Source: Geopsychrobacteraceae bacterium
GTDB lineage: Bacteria; Desulfobacterota; Desulfuromonadia; Desulfuromonadales; Geopsychrobacteraceae
Assembly (NCBI GenBank): GCA_036396915.1
Contig: DASWJX010000283.1
Span: forward strand, 1-53,724
DNA length: 53,724 nt
Reading direction: 5' to 3'
Of this stretch, positions 9,353 through 18,147 are shown one piece after another. Position 1 is the first letter of the stretch; every line of letters begins with the position of its first letter. The translations under genes and the position numbers were made by a program. The notes beneath the pieces are model-generated. The model did not search any database, was not told the origin of the DNA, and saw only the letters and a list, made by a program, of their open reading frames with translations.

Positions 9353-10150
9353 CTAAGGCAAGTACAAAATAGGATCGACCGCGAGCTTCTTCCTGCGCAC
9401 TTCAAAATGCAGGCGCGGTTCCCCCCCTCCCGGAGGCGCGCCGGAAAACGCGATTTTCTCCCCGCGGCTGACAAAATCGCCCTGTCCGACCAGATTGCGG
9501 CTGTTGAAGCCGTACACGGTATAGAAATCATTTTCATGCTGGAGAATGATCAGGTGACCATAGCCCTTGACGCCGTCTCCGCTGTAGATGACTTTTCCGG
9601 CGGCGGCGGCGATCACCTCGGACTGTTCACGGGCGGCAATCTCCAGCCCCTTGCCGCCGCCCTTTGCGCCGGCGCTGAAAGAACGCAGAATGGCGCCCTT
9701 CAAGGGCCACAGCAGCTTGACCTGGCTTGCTTCCGGCACTTTTTGCGGTTGGGCGACCACCGGCTGCGCCGCCTGCTTGCGGACAGCGGCGGGTTTTACC
9801 GGCGGTTTCGTCTGCGCTGGTGGAGTACGTCGCGCCGCAGGCACGGCGGCAGCCGGGCTTTTCGCCGGTTCCGTTTTCGCGGCAGAAGCAATGTGCCGGA
9901 CCGAATCGGCACCCGGGATATAGAGACGGGTGCCGACCTGCAGCTGGGTCGGATCGGAAATTCCGTTGACCCGCGCCAGATAGATTTCATCCAGTTCGTA
10001 AACCCGGCTGATCCGATAAAGGGTCTGCCCGGACTCGACCCGGTGGTACACGCCGCCGCGCGCACAACCGGCCAGCAGCAGGGCCGCAATGATGCCTGCG
10101 CGGATCGATCGGTCCGTTAACAGCCGACATGTGGTAAGCGACAATTTCAT
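9353..10150 (-). CDS. nlpD: LysM-domain / M23 peptidase lipoprotein
   Basis: Lipobox LLAGC; a LysM domain (YHRVESGQTLYRISRVY...); a Pro/Ala-rich linker; and an M23 domain (GYGHLIILQHENDFYTVYG...PRLHFEVRR). Confidence 0.88.
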   Translation of the reverse strand: MKLSLTTCRLLTDRSIRAGIIAALLLAGCARGGVYHRVESGQTLYRISRVYELDEIYLARVNGISDPTQLQVGTRLYIPGADSVRHIASAAKTEPAKSPAAAVPAARRTPPAQTKPPVKPAAVRKQAAQPVVAQPQKVPEASQVKLLWPLKGAILRSFSAGAKGGGKGLEIAAREQSEVIAAAAGKVIYSGDGVKGYGHLIILQHENDFYTVYGFNSRNLVGQGDFVSRGEKIAFSGAPPGGGEPRLHFEVRRKKLAVDPILYLP

Positions 10151-10178
10151 AGAGTAACAAGGTATTAGAAACCCGGCG

Positions 10179-10772
10179 CTAAAGCAAATATCTTACAACG
10201 ATCAAGCCGCCGATCAGCAGCACCAGAAACAGCAGGGTCAGCAGATTGAAGTACCTGTCGATAAATTGCTTCGCCATGACGCCGAAACGATGCAACAGCC
10301 AGGCTACCAGTAAAAAGCGCAAGCCGCGACTGACGAAAGACGCCAGGACAAAGACCGGAAAGTCGATTCTGAAGACTCCCGCGGCGATGGTAAAGACCTT
10401 GTACGGAATCGGGGTGAATCCGGCGGCAAAAACCGTCCAGAAATCATAGCGCATGAACAGCTCCCGAACATGGCTGAACTGTTCGGGACTGAACCCCGGG
10501 ACGTACTGAAAAAAGAACGGGCCCAGCCCGCCCCACAGCTTCAGGCCGATGACATAGCCGACCATTCCGCCCGCCACCGAACCGAGGCAGGCGGTCAGTG
10601 CATAACGATAGGCGCGCGCCGGCAGCGACAAGCACAGAGCGATCAGCAGCACATCAGGGGGAACCGGAAAAAAACAGGCCTCGACAAAAGCCAGAACAAA
10701 CAGGGCCGGGACGCCATACGGGGTCTGCGCCCAGGAGAGGACCCAATCGTAGAGGTGCCTGAACAGTTTCAT
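10179..10772 (-). CDS. YqaA/DedA-family inner-membrane protein
   Basis: Multi-pass hydrophobic ORF with FVEACFFPVPPDVLLIAL, typical of the YqaA (COG1238) family. The ATG at 10772 (MKLFRHLYDW...) is preferred over the ORF maximum at 10790. Confidence 0.75.
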   Translation of the reverse strand: MKLFRHLYDWVLSWAQTPYGVPALFVLAFVEACFFPVPPDVLLIALCLSLPARAYRYALTACLGSVAGGMVGYVIGLKLWGGLGPFFFQYVPGFSPEQFSHVRELFMRYDFWTVFAAGFTPIPYKVFTIAAGVFRIDFPVFVLASFVSRGLRFLLVAWLLHRFGVMAKQFIDRYFNLLTLLFLVLLIGGLIVVRYLL

Positions 10773-10803
10773 CCGCTCGCCCCCGCGCACGCCGGCATCG
10801 CCA

Positions 10804-11460
10804 TCAGGCCTCCGCTCCGGCCGCCCAACCCTGCGCGCCGATCAGTGGGACGAAGCGGCACTCCATCAGTCGCTCTTCCGTGAAACTGCCGTCGGTCTGT
10901 CTGGTCACGCGCAGCAAGGTCTGGGCGTCACGATCGCCGACCGGCATGACCAGATGGCCGCCGGGCTCCAATTGCGCCAGGTACTCCCCGGGGACCAGCG
11001 GCGCTCCGGCGGCCACCAGGATGCCGTCGAACGGAGCCTGATCTTTCCAGCCGATGGTTCCATCGCCGACCTTCAGATTGACGTTGGTGACCGCGCACTG
11101 ATCAAGAGCCCGCCGGGCGGATGAGGCCAGCGAGGCAAGCCGTTCGATGCTGTAAACACGCCTGACCAGTTGCGCGAGAATCGCGGTCTGATAGCCCGAT
11201 CCGGTCCCGATTTCGAGAATTCTCTCGTCGCCTTTCAGTTCGAGGGCGGCGGTCATCGCCGCAACCATGTACGGCTGAGAGATCGTCTGCTTCTCTCCGA
11301 TCGGCAGCGATCCGGCGGAATAGGCATGCCCCCGCAGCGCTTCACCGACAAACAGATGGCGGGGCACCTTGAGCATTGCCGCGACAACCCGCTGGTCACT
11401 GATCCCGTGGGCGGCGATCTGCGACTCCACCATCCGCCGGCGAGCGATTGAATAATCCAT
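10804..11460 (-). CDS. pcm: Protein-L-isoaspartate O-methyltransferase
   Basis: Contains [10 protein letters not shown] and the SAM motif [19 protein letters not shown] 11460 overlaps the surE TAA as TAATG. The ORF is open to 11493. Confidence 0.92.
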   Translation of the reverse strand: MDYSIARRRMVESQIAAHGISDQRVVAAMLKVPRHLFVGEALRGHAYSAGSLPIGEKQTISQPYMVAAMTAALELKGDERILEIGTGSGYQTAILAQLVRRVYSIERLASLASSARRALDQCAVTNVNLKVGDGTIGWKDQAPFDGILVAAGAPLVPGEYLAQLEPGGHLVMPVGDRDAQTLLRVTRQTDGSFTEERLMECRFVPLIGAQGWAAGAEA

Positions 11461-12218
11461 TATGATTCCGATAGGCGTTGTTCGATATTCCAATGAGCCA
11501 GCGTTTGCAGAGATTCCTCATTGGTCAGGTTGATATGGAGCGGAGTAACCGAAATCTTCCCGCCCTGAAGAGCATTGAAATCGCTGCCCGGGGTGTCCTC
11601 AAAGCCGAGATCGCCGCCGCCGATCCAATAGTAGCTGCGGCCGCGAGGATCTTCCTTGCGGATCACGACATCGCCATAGCGGCGCTTGCCCTGACGGGTC
11701 AGCAGAGCGCCGGTGACCGTGCCTGCCGGCACATTGACATTGAGAAACGTGTCGTCGGGAAGGCCGTACTGAAAAATCTGAACGGCCAGATGCCGGGAAA
11801 AATCGGCGGCGGTTTTCAATTCATCGGCAAGGAAATGCTGGCAATCGAGCGAGACGGCGAAGGCGGGAACGCCCATCAGGGTCGCTTCGAGCGCGGCGCA
11901 TACCGTCCCTGAATAAGTAATGTCATCACCGAGATTGCTGCCGCGGTTGATCCCGGAAACGACCAGATCGGGCATTTCCTTCATCAAGCCGTGGATGCCC
12001 AGGTTGACGCAATCGGTCGGCGTACCGTCGATGGCAAAAACGCCCGGCCTGATCTCCTCGGCCCGCAGCGGCGACTCCAGGGTCAGCGCATGACCGATGG
12101 CGCTGCGATTGCGATCCGGCGCCACAATGACGACCCGTCCCAGCCCCTGCAACGACTCGGCAAGCGCAGTCAGTCCCGGAGACGACACACCGTCATCATT
12201 GGTCAACATGATCAGCAT
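11460..12218 (-). CDS. surE: 5'/3'-nucleotidase SurE
   Basis: 252 aa with the N-terminus ILLTNDDG-like ([13 protein letters not shown]) and [18 protein letters not shown]. Confidence 0.95.
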   Translation of the reverse strand: MLIMLTNDDGVSSPGLTALAESLQGLGRVVIVAPDRNRSAIGHALTLESPLRAEEIRPGVFAIDGTPTDCVNLGIHGLMKEMPDLVVSGINRGSNLGDDITYSGTVCAALEATLMGVPAFAVSLDCQHFLADELKTAADFSRHLAVQIFQYGLPDDTFLNVNVPAGTVTGALLTRQGKRRYGDVVIRKEDPRGRSYYWIGGGDLGFEDTPGSDFNALQGGKISVTPLHINLTNEESLQTLAHWNIEQRLSES

Positions 12219-12231
12219 TGACCGGCCCAGG

Positions 12232-12582
12232 TCATGATATCTCGCGCTCTGTCAGTTGCTGCTTGATTTCGAGAAGATCCTGGCGCACCCGCCGCAGCAT
12301 GGACCGGTCATCCGGCCGCCCGGCCTGCTGCAGGCCCGCTGTTTTGATTTTCTTGCGGGCGCCGGACACAGTAAAGCCCTGTCGATAAAGCAGATCCTTT
12401 ATCAACAGGGCGGTTTCTACATCCTTGCGCCGATAGAGACGCTGATTGGCGTTGCTCTTCACCGGCCGAAAGGCACTGAATTCAGATTCCCAGTAACGCA
12501 GCACGTGGGTTTTAACGTCAACGATCGCCGCGACTTCACCGATTTTAAAATAGAGCTTGTCCGGTATGTGCGCTGCCATCAA
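12232..12582 (-). CDS. MerR-family transcriptional regulator
   Basis: 116 aa with a MerR HTH (YFKIGEVAAIVDVKTHVLRYWESEF...RLYRRKDV). Confidence 0.8.
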   Translation of the reverse strand: MMAAHIPDKLYFKIGEVAAIVDVKTHVLRYWESEFSAFRPVKSNANQRLYRRKDVETALLIKDLLYRQGFTVSGARKKIKTAGLQQAGRPDDRSMLRRVRQDLLEIKQQLTEREIS

Positions 12583-12599
12583 CAGCTCCGACAGCCTCT

Positions 12600-12884
12600 T
12601 TAATCCTGCTGATCGTTAATCGCGGCCTTCAGAACCTGACTCGGCTTGAAGGTCAGAATCTTGCGCGCGGATATTTCAATTTCACTTCCGGTCTGCGGAT
12701 TCCGCCCGCGGCGGGAAGCCTTTTCCTTCACTACAAAATTGCCGAAACCGGCAATTTTGATCTTCTCCCCGTCTTCCAGGGTGGTTTTCATCAGGTCGAA
12801 AACCATCTCGACGATCGCGGCAGATTCCTTTTTGGAAAATCCGGTCGTCAGATATACATTTTCAATCAGATCAGCCTTGGTCAT
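12600..12884 (-). CDS. ihfA: Integration host factor subunit alpha
   Basis: 94 aa of HU/IHF fold (GFGNFVVKEKASRRGRNPQTGSEIEISARKILTFKPS), located downstream of pheST as in E. coli. Confidence 0.9.
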   Translation of the reverse strand: MTKADLIENVYLTTGFSKKESAAIVEMVFDLMKTTLEDGEKIKIAGFGNFVVKEKASRRGRNPQTGSEIEISARKILTFKPSQVLKAAINDQQD

Positions 12885-12983
12885 ACGCCCTCCTGCGGAA
12901 AAGGCAGGTTATTCATCTTACAGCAACTATCTACTTGATATTTCAGGTTTTATAACACAGTGCCGAGAGGCGCGCAACACCTA

Positions 12984-15389
12984 TTAGCGAATTTCGGCAT
13001 CAAGTTGCTCACAAAGGGCCCGGATCAACTTGCCGTGAGCCCTGCTGACTTCCTCTTCGGTGAGGGTCTTTTCCATGGAACGGTAGCGGACCCGTACGGC
13101 AAGACTCTTCTTCCCTTCGGGAATTCCGCCGCCCTGATAAAGGTCGAAGAGTACGATATCCTCGACATTTTTGACCCTGGTTCGGGCAGCGACATCGAGC
13201 ACCGCCTGGGCGGCGACATCCTCATTCAGCAACAGTGCGCTGTCACGGCTGACATCCGGATATCTGGAAAGAGGCGCAAATCCCGGATGTGTTCCGGCAG
13301 CGTTGATCAGTTCCGCCACGGAAAGATCAAACAGGAAAACCGGCGCATCTATCGCAAAGTCGGCCAGAACCTGCGGATGGACCTCACCCATGGTGCCCAG
13401 TCGAACCCCGCCCCGCAACAAAGCACAGGATTTTCCCGGATGCAGATAAGGCTCGCTTTGCGTTGCATCAAAAACCACCTGATCGATCCGCAGCGCCGCC
13501 AGCAACTCCTCAACGACCCCCTTGAGATCGTAAAAATCAACGGAGGCAGCGGACTGCGCCCAGCCTTCCGGCTGGCGACGACCGCAGAGCGCCGCGCTCA
13601 GGCGCAATTCTTCACGCGCCCCCGCCTGCTCGTCGCTCGGGTAAAAGACCGGGCGCAGTTCAAACAGATGCAGATCGGAACTGCGATAGGAGAGATTCCG
13701 CGAGATACTGTCGAGCAGGCTGGGAACCAGGCTGGTTCTCATCACGGACTGCTCTTCGTTCAGCGGATTAAGAATCCGGACCTGCCGCAGGCGCGGATCG
13801 TCCTCCGGCAGATTGAGCCGCCGAGCGGATTGGGGAGCCACAAAAGAGTAGTTGATCAGTTCGGAGAAACCGGCGGCAACCAGCCGGTTGCGACTTGACG
13901 TCTCGATCTGTTGCTGCTTCGATATTTTCCGTGAATCCATATCAGCGCGGGGCAGAGTCACCGGAATCTTGTCGTAGCCGTAGAGACGGGCAAGCTCTTC
14001 AATCAGATCCACTTCACGCTCAAGATCGGGGCGGAAGCTCGGCACCTGTACCTTCAGCAGGTCTTCGTCGCGGGCCTCGACGCTCAGTCCGATCGACTCC
14101 AGCAGGGCCGAGATCCGCTGCTGCTGCAAACCGATGCCGAGCAGCTTTTCGACGTGCGCGACGGTCAGATCGATGTTCCGCGGAGTCAGCTTTTTGGGAT
14201 AGTTATCGATGACGCCGGGCGCAATCTGCCCGTCGGCCAGCTCGGCGATCAGGGCGGCCGCCCGATCCAGAGCGACCGGGATCATATCGATATCCGCACC
14301 CCGCTCAAAACGATGCGAGGAGTCCGTGTGCAGGCCGTGCCGCTTGCTGGTGCGACGGATGGCCGTCGGCTCGAAATAGGCCGCCTCCAGCAGGATGGTC
14401 GAGGTATCGTCCTGAACTTCCGTATTCCGGCCGCCCATGACACCGGCCATGGCCACCGGCCGCTGTCCGTCACAGATCATCAAATCTTCATCGGCAAGCG
14501 TATGTTCCAGGCCGTCCAGGGTGACGAAGGCCTCGCCGGCTGCCGCGCGCTTGACCACAATGGCTCCCTCCTCCAGCAGCCGATAATCGAAGGCATGCAG
14601 AGGATGGCCCAGTTCCATCATCACGTAGTTGGTCACATCGACCACGTTGTTAATGGAACGCAGGCCCACCGCTTCCAGTCTGCGCACCATCCAGTCCGGA
14701 GACGGACCGATTTTGACATTGCGGATCAGCCGTGCCGCGTAGCGCGGGCAGAGCTCGTCGTCCTTGATCGTCACGCTCGCCTGCGTCGCGATCGGCGCGC
14801 CGGCTTCGGCAACAGCCACCCGCGGCAGACGCAGCGGCCGCCCGCACATGGCCGCGACCTCCCTGGCGATGCCGACAACGCTCAGGCAATCCGGCCGGTT
14901 GGGGGTCAGACCGATTTCCAGCGTGACGTCTTTTAGTTTCAGTGCATCGAAAACCGGCACTCCCGGCTCAAGATTTTTGTCCAGAATCAGAATGCCGGCC
15001 GCCTCCGCGGACAGACCGAGCTCTTTCTCGGAACAGAGCATGCCCATGGAAACCTGGCCGCGAATCTTCGATTTCTTGATTTTAAAATCACCGGGCAGAA
15101 CCGTGCCCGGCTGCGCAAGAGCAATCAAATCCCCGGTCTTATGATTGGTTGCGCCGCAGACCACCTGGACAACCTCGCTGCCGGTATCCACCTGGCAGAC
15201 GGTCAGCCGGTCCGCATCCGGATGCGGCGCGACGCTTTCCAGTCGCGCCACGATGACGCTGTCGAGCCCGGCGCCGGTGGCGACCATCCCCTCAACCTCA
15301 AGGCCCGCCATGGTCAGGCGGTCGGCAAGCGGTTGCGGGTCCATGTCGAAATCGACGAATTCTTTCAGCCAATTGTAGGTGACTATCAT
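12984..15389 (-). CDS. pheT: Phenylalanine--tRNA ligase beta subunit
   Basis: Family start MIVTYNWLKEFVDF at ATG 15389, followed by tRNA-binding, B3/4, B5 and FDX-ACB regions. The ORF extension to 15449 begins with TTG inside the spacer element and is rejected. Confidence 0.95.
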   Translation of the reverse strand: MIVTYNWLKEFVDFDMDPQPLADRLTMAGLEVEGMVATGAGLDSVIVARLESVAPHPDADRLTVCQVDTGSEVVQVVCGATNHKTGDLIALAQPGTVLPGDFKIKKSKIRGQVSMGMLCSEKELGLSAEAAGILILDKNLEPGVPVFDALKLKDVTLEIGLTPNRPDCLSVVGIAREVAAMCGRPLRLPRVAVAEAGAPIATQASVTIKDDELCPRYAARLIRNVKIGPSPDWMVRRLEAVGLRSINNVVDVTNYVMMELGHPLHAFDYRLLEEGAIVVKRAAAGEAFVTLDGLEHTLADEDLMICDGQRPVAMAGVMGGRNTEVQDDTSTILLEAAYFEPTAIRRTSKRHGLHTDSSHRFERGADIDMIPVALDRAAALIAELADGQIAPGVIDNYPKKLTPRNIDLTVAHVEKLLGIGLQQQRISALLESIGLSVEARDEDLLKVQVPSFRPDLEREVDLIEELARLYGYDKIPVTLPRADMDSRKISKQQQIETSSRNRLVAAGFSELINYSFVAPQSARRLNLPEDDPRLRQVRILNPLNEEQSVMRTSLVPSLLDSISRNLSYRSSDLHLFELRPVFYPSDEQAGAREELRLSAALCGRRQPEGWAQSAASVDFYDLKGVVEELLAALRIDQVVFDATQSEPYLHPGKSCALLRGGVRLGTMGEVHPQVLADFAIDAPVFLFDLSVAELINAAGTHPGFAPLSRYPDVSRDSALLLNEDVAAQAVLDVAARTRVKNVEDIVLFDLYQGGGIPEGKKSLAVRVRYRSMEKTLTEEEVSRAHGKLIRALCEQLDAEIR

Positions 15390-15402
15390 GCTGTATCGAA
15401 CC

Positions 15403-15588
15403 TTGTCTTGAAGGGGATCAGAACTGATGGCGTCGCAAAAACTCACCAACTGCTGCGTTGCTGCACTTGCTCTCGCTGCTTCGACGTACGTAAGTACGTC
15501 TCATTGCTCGACAAGTGCGCGCCTTGCAGGTGGCGCTTTTTGCTTAGCCATCTGCTATTTTGCTTTCTTGCGAAAGGATCAGAACTGA
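15403..15588. repeat. Imperfect ~123-nt palindrome flanked by a direct duplication of the pheS 3' end
   Basis: An exact 13-bp direct repeat GGATCAGAACTGA occurs at 15415-15427 and 15576-15588, extending imperfectly to ~27 bp. The second copy contains the pheS stop. Between the copies, arms TGGCGTCGCAAAAA.../...TTTTTGCTTAGCCA (15428-15550) pair around the centre GACGTAC-GTAA-GTACGTC. Confidence 0.55.
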
Positions 15589-16595
15589 CACAAAAAGCGC
15601 TGGTCGTTCTCGAAGAAAAGCCGCAGATCGTTGACGCCGTATTTCAGCATGGCGATCCGCTCCAGCCCCATGCCGAAAGCGAAACCGCTATAGAGCGAAC
15701 TGTCATAGGCGACCGCCGCAAAAACCTCCGGATCGATCATGCCGCAGCCGAGGATTTCCAGCCAGCCGGTCCCCTTGCAGACCCGGCACCCCTGACCGCT
15801 GCAGATCACGCAGGCGATATCGACCTCGGCGCTCGGCTCGGTAAACGGAAAGAAGGACGGCCGAAAACGGACCGCCAGCTTTTCCCCGAAATACTCTTTG
15901 AGAAAGTGGGTCAGGATCCCCTTCAGATCGCCGAAGTTGATCCCTTTGTCGACCAGAAAGCCCTCAATCTGATGAAACATCGGACTATGCGTCAGATCGG
16001 AATCGCGCCGATAAACCGTCCCCGGCGCGATCACCTTGACCGGTGGCGGCTGGCGCAACATGGTCCGAATCTGGACCGGGGAGGTATGGGTTCTCAGGAC
16101 CAGATCATCACTGATGTAAAAGGTGTCCTGCATGTCTCTGGCCGGATGATCCCTGGGAATATTGAGGGCTTCGAAGTTATAGAAGTCCTGCTCGATCTCC
16201 GGACCTTCCTCCACCGTAAAGCCGAGCCGGGAAAAGATCGCGACAATCTCTTCGGTGACCAGGGTTACCGGGTGCTTATGACCGACGAAGTGCTTGCGTC
16301 CGGGCAGGGTCACGTCGACCCGCTCCTGCGCGAGCCGCCGGTCGATCGCCTGTTGCTGGAGGGCTTCGCGACGGCTGGAAAACAACTCCTCGAACTGCTC
16401 CTTGACCTTGTTGATGAGGCCGCCGACAACCGGGCGCTGGTCCGGAGCAAGCTCGCGCATCCCCTTCATGACCTCGGTCAGCTCACCTTTTTTGCCGAGA
16501 AAACGCACTCTCACATCCTGCAGACTTTTTTCGTCCGCAGCAGCCCGCAAGGCCGACAGAGCATCATCCTGCAGTTTTTCCAAACGTTCCTTCAT
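15579..16595 (-). CDS. pheS: Phenylalanine--tRNA ligase alpha subunit
   Basis: Class II aaRS motifs are present (HPARDMQDTFY, FRPSFFPFTEPSAEVD, GFAFGMGLERIAML). ATG 16595 (MKERLEKLQ...) is preferred; the ORF maximum at 16649 begins with GTG and has no SD. Confidence 0.93.
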   Translation of the reverse strand: MKERLEKLQDDALSALRAAADEKSLQDVRVRFLGKKGELTEVMKGMRELAPDQRPVVGGLINKVKEQFEELFSSRREALQQQAIDRRLAQERVDVTLPGRKHFVGHKHPVTLVTEEIVAIFSRLGFTVEEGPEIEQDFYNFEALNIPRDHPARDMQDTFYISDDLVLRTHTSPVQIRTMLRQPPPVKVIAPGTVYRRDSDLTHSPMFHQIEGFLVDKGINFGDLKGILTHFLKEYFGEKLAVRFRPSFFPFTEPSAEVDIACVICSGQGCRVCKGTGWLEILGCGMIDPEVFAAVAYDSSLYSGFAFGMGLERIAMLKYGVNDLRLFFENDQRFLCQF

Positions 16596-16756
16596 CGATA
16601 TATCCAGATATCCCGGAATCGTCTCCACGAACAGATCGAAACGACTCACAGACAGGGGTTACATGACATCCAGCGCATTGCGCATCGGGCAGGTGCGGCT
16701 GTCCGTACACCATGCTACAAGCAAGAAACCGGCTGAAGACGGATACTCAGCCGGAA

Positions 16757-16794
16757 TATAAAAAAAGGGAGATGGAACAAAGGCCCCATCTCCC
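16757..16794 (-). terminator. Rho-independent terminator after rplT
   Basis: Minus strand reads GGGAGATGG-ggcctttgtt-CCATCTCCC followed by TTTTTTATATT. A second hairpin (16729-16754, CCGGCTGA...TCAGCCGG + TTTCTTGC) follows. Confidence 0.6.
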
Positions 16795-16813
16795 TGATGC
16801 AACAGTACGTTTC

Positions 16814-17170
16814 TTACTGCAGCTGGCCCTTGGCGGTTTCAGCAACGAAACTGAAGCCGGCCGGGTCGTTGACCGCCAGGTCGGCCATGATCTTACGATC
16901 CAGCGCCACCTCGGCTTTTTTCAAACCATGAATCAAACGGCTGTAGGAAATTCCGTTCTCACGTGCGGCGGCATTGATCCGCGCAATCCACAAGGCCCTG
17001 AAATCACGCTTGCGCAGACGACGATCGCGATACGCATAGCTCAACGCACGGTCGACAGCCTCGGTCGCCGAACGGAACAACTTACTGCGCGCGCCCCGGT
17101 ATCCTTTGGCGAGTTTGAGAACCTTGTTGCGACGACGTCTTGCCTTAAATCCTCTTTTTACTCTTGGCAT
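16814..17170 (-). CDS. rplT: 50S ribosomal protein L20
   Basis: 118 aa: [33 protein letters not shown]... Confidence 0.97.
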   Translation of the reverse strand: MPRVKRGFKARRRRNKVLKLAKGYRGARSKLFRSATEAVDRALSYAYRDRRLRKRDFRALWIARINAAARENGISYSRLIHGLKKAEVALDRKIMADLAVNDPAGFSFVAETAKGQLQ

Positions 17171-17275
17171 CTCTCTTCTCCTTCTCTGGGTTGTTACGGC
17201 AAAGGCCGCAGCCGGACCTGAAGGGGGAGATCGGTCCCCTCAGCTCTCGACGTTTCCGCAACGAACGGAAACCGG

Positions 17276-17473
17276 TTACAGGTACGGAATCAGCTGAGCG
17301 ATATTCCGCTCGTCAGACTTGTGAACACAGCTTGCCTGACGCAGATTCCTTTTGGACTTGGTGGTTTTCTTGGTCAGAATGTGGCTGGTGAAGGCCTTGT
17401 TCCGCCGGATTTTTCCGGTGCCGGTCTTGCGGAAACGCTTGGCCGCACCACGGTTGGTCTTGATTTTAGGCAT
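17276..17473 (-). CDS. rpmI: 50S ribosomal protein L35
   Basis: 65 aa: [24 protein letters not shown]... Confidence 0.95.
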   Translation of the reverse strand: MPKIKTNRGAAKRFRKTGTGKIRRNKAFTSHILTKKTTKSKRNLRQASCVHKSDERNIAQLIPYL

Positions 17474-17521
17474 TTGCTTCTCCTGTTACGTGCAGATTAT
17501 GCTCTGCCGGAAGGGCCGGCA

Positions 17522-18037
17522 TTATTTCTTGATCGGGCCGACCACCATCGACATGAAGCGACCCATCTTGTTCGGCCTCGATTCGACCTGACCCAGGTCT
17601 TTCAGGGCTTCAACAGCCTTCTCCAGCTGCATCATCCCCCGTTCGGGGTGCGCATTCTCACGGCCGCGGAACATAATGGTCAGCTTGACCTTGTTTCCTT
17701 CTTCGAGGAAGCGTCGCGCATGCTTGATTTTGAACTGAAAATCATGCTCGTCGGTTTTGGGTCGCATCTTGACTTCCTTGAGTTCGACCCGAACCTGCTT
17801 CTTCTTCGCCTCAGACGCTCTCTTGGCCTGCTGATACTTGAATTTGCCGAAGTCCATGATCCGGCAAACCGGGGGTTCCGCTCCCGGAGAGACCTCGACC
17901 AGATCAAGCCCCTGCTCTGCGGCAGCAGCGAGAGCGTCGGCAATGCTCAGGACACCAAGCTGTCCACCTTCATCGTCGATGACCCGGACTTCACGCGCCC
18001 GGATATCTTCGTTGATGTTCGTCTCCTGCTTAGCTAT
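17522..18037 (-). CDS. infC: Translation initiation factor IF-3, non-canonical AUA start
   Basis: The frame is open from an in-frame TAG nine codons upstream of 18037. The only start-like codon is ATA (18037-18035), 7 nt after GGAGG. The translation (M)AKQETNINEDIRAREVRVIDDEGGQLGV...CRIMDFGKFKYQQ matches the IF-3 N-domain and linker. The ATG at 17857 would delete the N-domain. Confidence 0.85.
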   Translation of the reverse strand: MAKQETNINEDIRAREVRVIDDEGGQLGVLSIADALAAAAEQGLDLVEVSPGAEPPVCRIMDFGKFKYQQAKRASEAKKKQVRVELKEVKMRPKTDEHDFQFKIKHARRFLEEGNKVKLTIMFRGRENAHPERGMMQLEKAVEALKDLGQVESRPNKMGRFMSMVVGPIKK

Positions 18038-18147
18038 GGGTCTGCCTCCTTCTTCCTCGGTCTATCTGCGGCCAGGCACGTCAAACGCTGTCGTGGCCAG
18101 GTGAAAAAACACAGAAAAAGGCCCGGGTGGGCCAATCCCTGAAAAAT

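Noticed and set aside
15427-15588. 53-codon plus-strand ORF in the pheS-pheT spacer element (MASQKLTNCCVAALALAASTYVSTSHCSTSARLAGGAFCLAICYFAFLRKDQN). It is antisense to the operon and superficially resembles a type I toxin: two hydrophobic stretches, a charged tail, and GGGGA 9 nt upstream.
   Set aside because: Two of the three plus-strand frames are open across this segment, so openness carries little information. There is no independent support (no promoter found, no homologue recognised). I keep it only as a low-probability alternative, testable by ribosome profiling.
16596-16760. Search for a pheM-like Phe-rich leader peptide or T-box upstream of pheS.
   Set aside because: The only short ORF (ATG GTG TAC GGA CAG ...) has no Phe codons. 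No specifier loop or T-box sequence is visible.
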